Shown in pieces: positions 41,039-48,926 of a DNA stretch of 64,000 bases. The notes under the pieces are model-generated. The model was not told the origin of the DNA, did not search any database, and worked only from the letters and a program-made list of their open reading frames with translations. Numbering within the stretch: the first letter of the stretch is position 1; each line of letters begins with the position of its first letter. The translations under genes and the position numbers were made by a program. The stretch is from a bacterium (GTDB lineage: Bacteria > Patescibacteriota > Minisyncoccia > Minisyncoccales > JAZDGI01). The stretch spans positions 1,607 through 65,606 of the forward strand of contig JAZDGI010000013.1 of NCBI GenBank assembly GCA_043807085.1, written 5' to 3'.

Positions 41039-41596
41039 ATGACATACAAAGAAATTGTGGATAAAATCAAGCCGGAAATGGATAAAGCTATTGGCTTTTT
41101 GGTTCAAGAAATGGGAAAGATCCGGACTGGTCGGGCTAGTCCTTCTTTAGTTGAAGATGTGGTGGTTGATTGTTTTGGTCAAAAATTTCCCCTTAAGCAA
41201 TTAGCGGCTTTGTCAACGCCCGAACCAAAACAGATTCTAATTCAGCCCTGGGACAAATCTTATATTGAAGGCATTGTCGCGTCTTTGGCTAAAACCGGCG
41301 TTGGAGCCAACGCTATTGTTGATAAAGACGTAATCAGAATAAACCTGCCCTTTTTAACCGAAGAATACCGCAAAGAATTGGCTAGATTGATAGCCGAAAA
41401 ACAGGAAGCCGCCAAAAAAACAATTCGCCACTGGAGAGAGGATTCTTGGTCAGAGCTCCAGACAAGGGAAAGGGCGGGAGAAATCAGGGAAGACGATAAA
41501 TTCAGGGGCAAAGACGAGCTTCAGAAATTAGTTGACGAATACAACAAAAAAGCAGACGAACTGGCCGAGAAAAAGAAAAAAGAGATTTCAGAATAA
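41039..41596 (+). CDS. frr: Ribosome recycling factor
   Basis: IRTGRA, IQPWD, LTEEYRKEL. Confidence 0.96.
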   Translation: MTYKEIVDKIKPEMDKAIGFLVQEMGKIRTGRASPSLVEDVVVDCFGQKFPLKQLAALSTPEPKQILIQPWDKSYIEGIVASLAKTGVGANAIVDKDVIRINLPFLTEEYRKELARLIAEKQEAAKKTIRHWREDSWSELQTRERAGEIREDDKFRGKDELQKLVDEYNKKADELAEKKKKEISE

Positions 41597-41610
41597 GGCG
41601 GCAAAATACA

Positions 41611-42702
41611 ATGGTTATTACAATTGTCATTGCAATTTTTAGCTTAATGGGGTTGGTCGTTCTCCACGAGCTTGGTCATTTTTTATTGGCCAAGAAATTT
41701 GGCGTAAAAGTGGAAGAGTTCGGAATTGGTTTGCCTCCGAGAATTATCGGCAAAAAATTTGGCGATACCGTTTATTCTTTGAATCTTTTACCGGTCGGCG
41801 CTTTTGTTAGGCTTTTTGGCGAGGAAAAAAGAAGCAAAGAGTCCAAAAGCTTTTCTGGCAAGCCGGTTTGGCAGAGAGCTCTGATTGTTGCCAGCGGGGT
41901 AATAACTTTTTGGCTGGTAACCTTTGTTATTCTTTCCGTTTTGGGCGCGACATTAGGCATTCCGTCGGCCGTGGACGACCAGGATCGTCAAAATTTGAAA
42001 AATCCGGTTGTTCAGATAACGGCGGTGGCTAAGAATTCTCCGGCAGAACTAGCCGGGTTGAAAGCCGGAGATATTATAGAGGAACTTAAGACTCAGAATT
42101 CAAAATTCAAAATTGCCAAAGTGAGCGAGCTGCAGGGTTTAACCGAAGAATATAAGGGTCAAGAAATAACCTTGACTATTCAGCGGGGAAAAGAGATATT
42201 TGGCGTTCCTTTAACGCCGCGAGTGTCTCCGCCGACTGGAGAAGGTCAAATAGGCGTTGGCTTAGCCAGAGTGGCCTTTCTTGTTTATCCATGGCATAAA
42301 GCTCCTTTGGGAGGCGCTTTGCTGACAGCCAGAATAACCGGCGATGTTTTTATCGGCTTTGGAAAAATTATCGCTAATTTAACTAAAGGCCAGGGAGTTC
42401 CCGCCGGCTTTCAGGCGGTTGGACCCATAGGTATTTTTGACCAGCTTAAAAACGCTTTTGGCATGGGCTTAAATTACTTTCTTTATTTCGTGGCTGTTAT
42501 TTCCGTTTATCTGGCGATTTTTAATATCCTGCCCATTCCAGCGGTTGACGGGGGAAGATTAATTTTTCTGGGCATTGAAGCTTTAGCTAAAAAACCCGTA
42601 CCCGAAAAGCTTGAAAAAGGCGTTATTTGCGTTTCCTTTTTCATTTTGATCGGCCTTGTGCTTTTTGTTTCTTTCAAAGATATTACAAGAATAATTCAAT
42701 AA
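41611..42702 (+). CDS. rseP: RIP metalloprotease RseP
   Basis: HELGH, EFGIG, PDZ (SPAELAGLKAGD), NILPIPAVDGG. Confidence 0.93.
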   Translation: MVITIVIAIFSLMGLVVLHELGHFLLAKKFGVKVEEFGIGLPPRIIGKKFGDTVYSLNLLPVGAFVRLFGEEKRSKESKSFSGKPVWQRALIVASGVITFWLVTFVILSVLGATLGIPSAVDDQDRQNLKNPVVQITAVAKNSPAELAGLKAGDIIEELKTQNSKFKIAKVSELQGLTEEYKGQEITLTIQRGKEIFGVPLTPRVSPPTGEGQIGVGLARVAFLVYPWHKAPLGGALLTARITGDVFIGFGKIIANLTKGQGVPAGFQAVGPIGIFDQLKNAFGMGLNYFLYFVAVISVYLAIFNILPIPAVDGGRLIFLGIEALAKKPVPEKLEKGVICVSFFILIGLVLFVSFKDITRIIQ

Positions 42703-42703
42703 A

Positions 42704-43924
42704 ATGAGACAGTCGCAGCTTTTCGCCAAAACAAAAAAAGAATTTCCAAAAGACGAAACGAGCGTTAATTCTCAGCTCTTAATTCGGGCTGGCTTTATTG
42801 ATAAATTAATGGCTGGCGTTTATTCATACTTGCCTTTAGGATTGAGGGTTATTAAAAAAATTGAAAATATTGTCAGGGAAGAAATGGTGAATATCGGCGG
42901 CCAGGAAATTTTAATGCCAGCCTTGCAGCCCAAAAACCTCTGGGAAAAAACAGGCAGGTGGCGGTACGAGGAAATGTTCAAATTGAAGAATAGGGAAGAA
43001 AAAGATTTTTCTTTGGGCTGGACGCATGAGGAGGTTATTACTCCTTTGGTTCAAAAGTTCGTTAATTCCTACAAAGATTTGCCAGTTTTCGTTTTTCAGA
43101 TTCAAGATAAATTCAGAGACGAACTGCGGGTAAAATCGGGACTATTGCGAGGCCGCGAGTTTTTAATGAAAGACCTTTATTCTTTTCATAAAGACGAAAA
43201 AGACCTGGACGATTATTACGAAAAGGTAAGGAGGGCCTATTTTAAAGTTTTTGCCAGATGCGGATTAAAAAAGCAAACTTTTTTGACCTTAGCCTCGGGC
43301 GGTACTTTTAGCAAATACTCTCACGAATTTCAGACTATTACTTCGGCTGGCGAGGACGAGATTTATCTCTGTCCCAAATGCCAGATTGCCATAAATAAAG
43401 AAATTATTGAAACAGAAAAGCATGCTTGTTCAAATTGTCAAAGTAAAGATTTAGAAATCAAAAAAGCGGTTGAGGTTGGAAATATATTTAAACTCAAAGA
43501 GAAATACACCCAAGCTTTTGATTTTAGATTTAAAGACGAATTCGGAGAGGAAAAAAATGTTTTGATGGGCTGTTACGGAATAGGTCTTGGCCGGCTGATG
43601 GGCGCGATCGTTGAGATTCATCATGACGAAAAGGGGATTATCTGGCCGGAAGAAGTCGCGCCTTTTCGGGTGCATCTTATTGAGATTAAAGTTTCAGCTA
43701 AAAAAATATATGACGAGTTAATCAAGTCGGGAGTTGAAGTATTATACGACGATAGAGATAAAACGGCCGGGGAAAAATTCGCTGAAGCTGATTTAATCGG
43801 ACTTCCGACAAGAATTGTGGCAAGCGAGAGAACGTTGGAGAAAGATTCGGTTGAATTAAAGCAAAGGAACAGCCAAAAAGCCAAGCTGATTAAAATTAAG
43901 AGCTTAAAAAATATAATTCGCTAA
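42704..43924 (+). CDS. proS: Proline--tRNA ligase (short, no INS domain)
   Basis: MRQSQLF, THEE, KFRDE.R...GLLRGREF.MKD, MGCYGIG. Confidence 0.96.
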   Translation: MRQSQLFAKTKKEFPKDETSVNSQLLIRAGFIDKLMAGVYSYLPLGLRVIKKIENIVREEMVNIGGQEILMPALQPKNLWEKTGRWRYEEMFKLKNREEKDFSLGWTHEEVITPLVQKFVNSYKDLPVFVFQIQDKFRDELRVKSGLLRGREFLMKDLYSFHKDEKDLDDYYEKVRRAYFKVFARCGLKKQTFLTLASGGTFSKYSHEFQTITSAGEDEIYLCPKCQIAINKEIIETEKHACSNCQSKDLEIKKAVEVGNIFKLKEKYTQAFDFRFKDEFGEEKNVLMGCYGIGLGRLMGAIVEIHHDEKGIIWPEEVAPFRVHLIEIKVSAKKIYDELIKSGVEVLYDDRDKTAGEKFAEADLIGLPTRIVASERTLEKDSVELKQRNSQKAKLIKIKSLKNIIR

Positions 43925-43927
43925 TTT

Positions 43928-44980
43928 ATGCTGGAAAAATTCTTAAGATTGTTTTCCGAGGATGTCGCCATTGACTTGGGTACGGCCAATTCTTTGGTTT
44001 ATGTTTCGGGCCGAGGAATCGTTATTCAGGAGCCCTCGGTAGTGGCAGTAAACCAAAAAACAGGACAGGTTTTGGCTATTGGCGTTGAGGCAAAAAAAAT
44101 GGTGGGCCGGACCCCCAGTCACATTGTTGCCACCAGGCCATTGAGATCGGGCGTGGTTTCCGATTTTGAAGTGACCGAGCAGATGCTGAGATATTTTATT
44201 GAGAAGTCCTGCAAGAAAAAATTTTTTATAAACTCAAGACCCAGGGTAATCATTGGCATTCCTTATGGAGTGACTGAGGTGGAGAAAAAAGCGGTAATAG
44301 ACGCGGGAATGTCGGCAGGAGCCAGGGAGGTTTTTTTGATAGAAGAACCTATGGCCGCGGCCATAGGTTCAAGGCTGCCTGTGCAGGATGCCGGCGGAAA
44401 TTTTATTGTTGACATCGGAGGAGGAACGACCGAAGTGGCAATAATCTCGCTGGGCGGCATTGTTTTGGCAAAAAGCCTAAGAATTGCCGGAGATAAACTA
44501 AATGAAGATATCGTGCAATACGCCCAAGAAGAATATAAATTGCTGATAGGAGAGCGAACAGCCGAAGCGATTAAAATCGGCATTGGTTCGGCTTATCCTC
44601 TGAAGGAAAAGAGAGAAATTCCGATGCGCGGCCGCAATTTGGTTACCGGCTTGCCGGAGGAGATAATCGTTTCCGACAACGATATCCGCCAGGCTATGGA
44701 AAAGTCAGTCAAGCAGATTGTTGAGGAGATAAAAATGGCTGTTGAAGAAACTCCGCCCGAGCTTTTGGCCGACATTATGGTTGACGGAATTCATCTTTCA
44801 GGCGGCGGTTCTTTGTTGCGCGGTTTGAGCACCTTGATTCAGAAAGAAACCAAAATTCCCACTAAGGTTATTGAAGACCCAATGACCGCCGTGGTCAGGG
44901 GAGCTGGCGTGGTGCTGGAGAATTTAGACGAGCTGGAAGAAGTATTAGTGGAGACAGAAGAATTAGAACCGCCAAAGTAA
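43928..44980 (+). CDS. mreB: MreB actin-like protein (copy 2)
   Basis: IDLGTANS, EEPMAAAIG, DIGGGTTE. Confidence 0.95.
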   Translation: MLEKFLRLFSEDVAIDLGTANSLVYVSGRGIVIQEPSVVAVNQKTGQVLAIGVEAKKMVGRTPSHIVATRPLRSGVVSDFEVTEQMLRYFIEKSCKKKFFINSRPRVIIGIPYGVTEVEKKAVIDAGMSAGAREVFLIEEPMAAAIGSRLPVQDAGGNFIVDIGGGTTEVAIISLGGIVLAKSLRIAGDKLNEDIVQYAQEEYKLLIGERTAEAIKIGIGSAYPLKEKREIPMRGRNLVTGLPEEIIVSDNDIRQAMEKSVKQIVEEIKMAVEETPPELLADIMVDGIHLSGGGSLLRGLSTLIQKETKIPTKVIEDPMTAVVRGAGVVLENLDELEEVLVETEELEPPK

Positions 44981-44984
44981 AAAT

Positions 44985-45239
44985 ATGCTATCAAAACAAG
45001 AAGTCCAACATATTGCCAAGTTAGCCCGGCTGGGCTTGACTGAAAAAGAAATTGAGAAGTTTCAAAAGGACTTGTCACAAATTTTGAATTATGTTGAAAA
45101 ATTAAAAGAAGTTGACGTTGAAGAGATAGAGCCGACCAGTCATTCGGTGGTGGTGGAAAATATAACTAGAAAAGACGAATCTTTTAAATTTAACAAGAAA
45201 CTTATCGAAGGTTATTTAAAAGTAAAATCTGTTTTTTAA
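44985..45239 (+). CDS. gatC: Asp/Glu-tRNA amidotransferase subunit C
   Basis: VQHIAKLARL, VEEIEPTSH. Confidence 0.93.
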   Translation: MLSKQEVQHIAKLARLGLTEKEIEKFQKDLSQILNYVEKLKEVDVEEIEPTSHSVVVENITRKDESFKFNKKLIEGYLKVKSVF

Positions 45240-45405
45240 CGCTAAAAAAGAGGGGCTACCAAACTATGGATAGCCATATGATTGCTGAGGGAGAAGAACT
45301 CTTCTCCTCCCTCAGCCCGGGGGGGTCAGCGCAGGAATAATGGAAACTTTCCTTTCATCAACCTCCTTTCTCGCGCTCAAGCCAAGTTTTAAGTGGATAA
45401 CTTTG

Positions 45406-45430
45406 ATGTTAGACATCGGATGTCTAACAT
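45406..45430. repeat. Perfect 25-bp REP-like palindrome, left of RAYT
   Basis: ATGTTAGACATC-G-GATGTCTAACAT. Confidence 0.92.
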
Positions 45431-45445
45431 ACTACAATAAAGCAT

Positions 45446-46171
45446 ATGATAAGAAAAATTCAATTTACTCCAGGCTCGTATTATCACATCTATAACAGAA
45501 GTAATGACGAACGGTCGATATTCCTTGATGAAAAAGACTATGCCCGATTTCTGTTTTTAATTCTTTTTTACCAAGCGTCAGTTCCCCTTTATAATCTTGG
45601 CCTCCAGACCTCTTATTTTGTTAAACATTCAATGTTTAATATATCTGCAAAAACTCTTCAAAATATAATAATGGCAAGAAGAGTAGAGCTTAATTCTTTT
45701 GCAATAATGCCCAATCATTTTCACCTCTTTTTGCAAGAAAAAGATAAAAAAGGAATTTCTTTCTATCTTCAACGAATCCAAAATGGATACGCGAAATATT
45801 TTAATGCAAAACACGCGAAAAGGGGACATCTCTTCCAGGGCGCTTTCCGCGCCGTCCCCGTAGAAACAGACGAGCAACTTCTCTATCTCTCGGCGTACAT
45901 TCATCGTAATCCAAGAGAAATAGCGGAATGGAAAGATAAAGAAGCAAAATACCCGTGGTCTAGTTATCAAGATTTCATCGGAAAGAATCGTTGGAATGAA
46001 CTTTTAAGACCAAACATTATTCTTGATCACTTTTCTGGCGCCAAGGATTATTACGAATTTGTAGAAACAAGTACTGCGAAAATAAAACCCAGCGAGCTTA
46101 AAACATTCGCTAAAGACTTTTTTCTTGAGGATGTTAGACATCGGATGTCTAACATATCATCGGATGTCTAA
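45446..46171 (+). mobile_element. REP-associated tyrosine (HUH/Y1) transposase, RAYT-like
   Basis: YYHIYNR, MPNHFH (HUH), GHLFQG.F, YIHRNP, YPWSSY. Confidence 0.92.
45621..45639. repeat. Intragenic variant palindrome in RAYT
   Basis: TTAAACATT-C-AATGTTTAA. Confidence 0.6.
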
Positions 46172-46177
46172 CATATC
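46131..46177. repeat. Right palindrome copy plus 19-nt tandem duplication
   Basis: Same 25-mer at 46131-46155; ATCGGATGTCTAACATATC occurs twice (46140-46158, 46159-46177). Confidence 0.92.
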
Positions 46178-46189
46178 AAAATTAATTCT

Positions 46190-47605
46190 ATGAGTTTGAC
46201 CGGTTTGACAATCAAGCAAGTCCATGACGGTTTGGTAAAAAAGGAATTTTCGGTTGTGGAATTGACTAAGGCCTATTTGGAAAAAATAAAAAAAGTTGAT
46301 AAAGACATCAACGCTTATTTGGCTGTGACCGAGGATTTGGCTTTGGCGCAGGCCGAAGAAGTTGATAAAAAAATCGCCAGAGGAGAGGAATTGGATATTT
46401 TATCGGGCGTTCCCTGTTCCCTGAAAGATGTTTTTATGCTGGAGGGAGTAAAATGCACGGCCGGGTCGCGAATTCTGGAAAATTACATTGCGCCTTACGA
46501 CGCCACTGTGGTTAAAAAAATCAAGGATAGGGGAGCGGTAATTTTAGGGAAAAACAATACGGATGAGTTTACTATGGGGTCTTCGGGTGAAAATTCAGCT
46601 TTTGGCCCGACGAAAAATCCTTTGGATTTGAGTCGGGTGCCGGGTGGTTCTTCTTCGGGCCCGGCCGCGGCCGTGGCGGCTGATATGGCAGTCTTTGCTT
46701 TAGGCACAGACACGGGAGGATCAATTCGCCAGCCTGCTTCTTTTTGCGGCATAGTCGGATTAAAACCGACTTACGGCGCCGTTTCCCGTTACGGCGAAAT
46801 AGCTTACGCTTCATCTTTGGACCAGGCGGGACCGCTGGCTAAGACCGCGGAAGATTGCCAGATTGTATTTGAAGCCATAAAAGGCAAAGACCCAGCTGAT
46901 TCGACATCCGTCAAATCTAAGGTTTCGGATTTCGGATTTCGGATTTCGGATTTACGCATTGGTGTTCCCAAAGAATACTTTATTAAGGGGATTGATACCG
47001 AAGTTGAAAAAATAATAAAAAATGCGATAAAGAGATATGAAAAAATGGGAGCGAAAATTGAAGAAATCAGCTTGCCGCATACAAAATATGCTTTAGCGTG
47101 CTATTATATAATTGCAACCTCTGAAGCGTCGGCGAACTTGGCTCGTTATGATGGCATTAAATACGGGGCAAGCCAAAAAGCTGAAAACTTATTGGATGTT
47201 TATTTGAAGAGCAGGGAGGAGGGGCTTGGGCCGGAAGCGAGAAGGAGGATTGTGCTTGGGACCTATGTTTTGTCAGCCGGTTATTATGAGGCTTACTACT
47301 TAAGAGCGCAAAAAGTCAGAACGTTGATACGGCGTGATTTTGAAAAGGCTTTTGAGAAAGTGGATGCGATTTTTACACCAGTTTCTCCGACTACAGCTTT
47401 TAAATTAGGCGAAAAAATTGATGACCCTTTGACAATGTATTTATCTGATATTTTTACGATTTCCATAAACTTGGCTGGTTTGCCGGCGCTTTCTTTACCG
47501 GTCGGTTCGGCTAACGGTTTGCCGGTCGGTTTGCAAATAATCGGCCGTTGGTTTGAAGAAAATAAAATTTTAAATATCGGCAAGCTCTATGAGCAGCATA
47601 CTTGA
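46190..47605 (+). CDS. gatA: Asp/Glu-tRNA amidotransferase subunit A
   Basis: DEFTMGSS, PGGSSSG, GTDTGGSIRQPA, NLARYDG. Confidence 0.97.
   Translation: MSLTGLTIKQVHDGLVKKEFSVVELTKAYLEKIKKVDKDINAYLAVTEDLALAQAEEVDKKIARGEELDILSGVPCSLKDVFMLEGVKCTAGSRILENYIAPYDATVVKKIKDRGAVILGKNNTDEFTMGSSGENSAFGPTKNPLDLSRVPGGSSSGPAAAVAADMAVFALGTDTGGSIRQPASFCGIVGLKPTYGAVSRYGEIAYASSLDQAGPLAKTAEDCQIVFEAIKGKDPADSTSVKSKVSDFGFRISDLRIGVPKEYFIKGIDTEVEKIIKNAIKRYEKMGAKIEEISLPHTKYALACYYIIATSEASANLARYDGIKYGASQKAENLLDVYLKSREEGLGPEARRRIVLGTYVLSAGYYEAYYLRAQKVRTLIRRDFEKAFEKVDAIFTPVSPTTAFKLGEKIDDPLTMYLSDIFTISINLAGLPALSLPVGSANGLPVGLQIIGRWFEENKILNIGKLYEQHT
46924..46951 (+). repeat. (TTCGGAT)4 heptamer tandem repeat inside gatA
   Basis: Four exact copies, within the VSDFGFRISDL segment. 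Confidence 0.9.
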
Positions 47606-48113
47606 TTTTGACATAATACAATTTTTTACCTCGCCGATCTATCGGACCCTGTTTTTCGTTTTTAAGTATGGCATGATGGTTTTTTCCGCGTTTTTATTCG
47701 GCATTATTGTTTTCTCTCTGCTTAAGACCACTTGGCTGAAAAGGCTCATTCTTTGGGATGCGCAGGAATTTTTGAGCTATCAGCCACACGACGCTAGGAA
47801 AATTCTTAAAGATTGGCAGAGGATTAAGAAAAGAATGGATACCGGTTTGGAGTCGGAATTCAAGATAGCGGTTATTGAGGCGGACACGATGCTTGACGAT
47901 GTTTTGAAAAAAATGGGCCGGTCCGGCGATAGCCTCGGAGAAAGACTGGATAAATTGACAACCGACACTCTTGGCAATCTCGCGGAGGTAAGGACGGCTC
48001 ATCAGACTAGAAATAATATAGTCCACGATCCTGATTACAGGTTAAGCATGGATGAAGCTGGAAAAGTTATTCAAATCCTAGAAAAAGCCCTTACCGATTT
48101 ACAAGCGCTCTAA
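47589..48113 (+). CDS. Membrane-anchored hypothetical protein with HEPN-like RxxxxH motif
   Basis: N-terminal TM, AVIEAD, SLGERL, RNNIVH. Confidence 0.75.
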   Translation: MSSILDFDIIQFFTSPIYRTLFFVFKYGMMVFSAFLFGIIVFSLLKTTWLKRLILWDAQEFLSYQPHDARKILKDWQRIKKRMDTGLESEFKIAVIEADTMLDDVLKKMGRSGDSLGERLDKLTTDTLGNLAEVRTAHQTRNNIVHDPDYRLSMDEAGKVIQILEKALTDLQAL

Positions 48114-48131
48114 TTTTTGGTAAGATTACGC

Positions 48132-48202
48132 CGCGGGATAGAGTAGCAGTAGCTCGCGGGTCTCATAAGCCCGAGGCCCCCGTGCAAATCGGGGTCCCGC
48201 AA
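48132..48202 (+). tRNA. tRNA-Met(CAT), initiator type
   Basis: CGCGGGA/TCCCGCA with C1:A72 mismatch; loop CTCATAA. Confidence 0.88.
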
Positions 48203-48210
48203 CATTTATT

Positions 48211-48282
48211 GCCGGCGTAGCTCAGTGGTAGAGCAATGCTTTCATAAGGCAGTGGTCGTCAGTCCGAATCTGACCGCCGGCA
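48211..48282 (+). tRNA. tRNA with CAT anticodon (probably elongator Met; Ile2 not excluded)
   Basis: GCCGGCG/CGCCGGC-A, TAGCTCAGTGGTAGAGC, loop TTCATAA. Confidence 0.88.
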
Positions 48283-48301
48283 TTTGTCGAATTATTTATT
48301 T

Positions 48302-48376
48302 GGGCCCATAGTGTAGCCTGATTAACACGTCTCCCTGTCACGGAGAAGATCAGGGGTTTAAATCCCCTTGGGCCCG
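48302..48376 (+). tRNA. tRNA-Asp(GTC)
   Basis: GGGCCCA/TGGGCCC-G; TCTCC-CTGTCAC-GGAGA. Confidence 0.92.
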
Positions 48377-48475
48377 CTTTTTTTTATTGACAACACTCTC
48401 TATTGTGTTAAAAGAGAATCAAGCGGGAGGGAGTACCTTCCCAATTAAATTTGACAAGAAAGGAGGTGATAGGTA

Positions 48476-48661
48476 ATGCCGGGAGCGATAGTCTTTACCG
48501 ATAGAATGACTGGAAGAATGGCCGAAGAGATTAGTAGGCAGACGGGTGAGCCAATAAGCTCTGAAAAAATCAGGGATATGCTAGAAAAGCCGGGCCCAGA
48601 AGAATTGATAGTTGAGGCGATTGTGGCGCGATTAAAGACGCCAGTTGGGTCGTCTTTGTAA
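48476..48661 (+). CDS. Small hypothetical protein
   Basis: Strong SD GAAAGGAGGTGA upstream; 61 aa. Confidence 0.65.
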   Translation: MPGAIVFTDRMTGRMAEEISRQTGEPISSEKIRDMLEKPGPEELIVEAIVARLKTPVGSSL

Positions 48662-48679
48662 AAAACAGAAAGGAAAGAT

Positions 48680-48895
48680 ATGGCGATAACGATTAGGGAT
48701 CTTCCTCTCGGACAAGGCGACATTACTCTTTCTTTCCGTAACAGAAAAAAAGAGAGAGTGAGAGGCTTGGTGGTTTTGCGTGGACGGAGAAAATATTTCA
48801 TTGCTCGAAATTCGCCCAAAGAGTCTTTCGGCCCTGGCACTTGCGTGGAAGATATTTGGTCTTTGAAAGGAAGTGCAAGACAGAAAAAAGCGTGA
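48680..48895 (+). CDS. Small basic hypothetical protein
   Basis: GAAAGGA upstream; 71 aa; co-oriented with pyr genes. Confidence 0.5.
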   Translation: MAITIRDLPLGQGDITLSFRNRKKERVRGLVVLRGRRKYFIARNSPKESFGPGTCVEDIWSLKGSARQKKA

Positions 48896-48926
48896 GTCAG
48901 TAATAGAAAGAAGGAGTAAAAGGAAA

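Noticed and set aside
45242-45358. Selenoprotein with SECIS
   Set aside because: A hairpin follows the UGA, but there is no redox motif context, no sel genes in the window and poor SD spacing; kept only as an unexplained element
45406-46177. Palindromic repeats as a CRISPR array
   Set aside because: Only two full copies, about 700 bp apart around a gene; no regular spacers and no cas1/cas2
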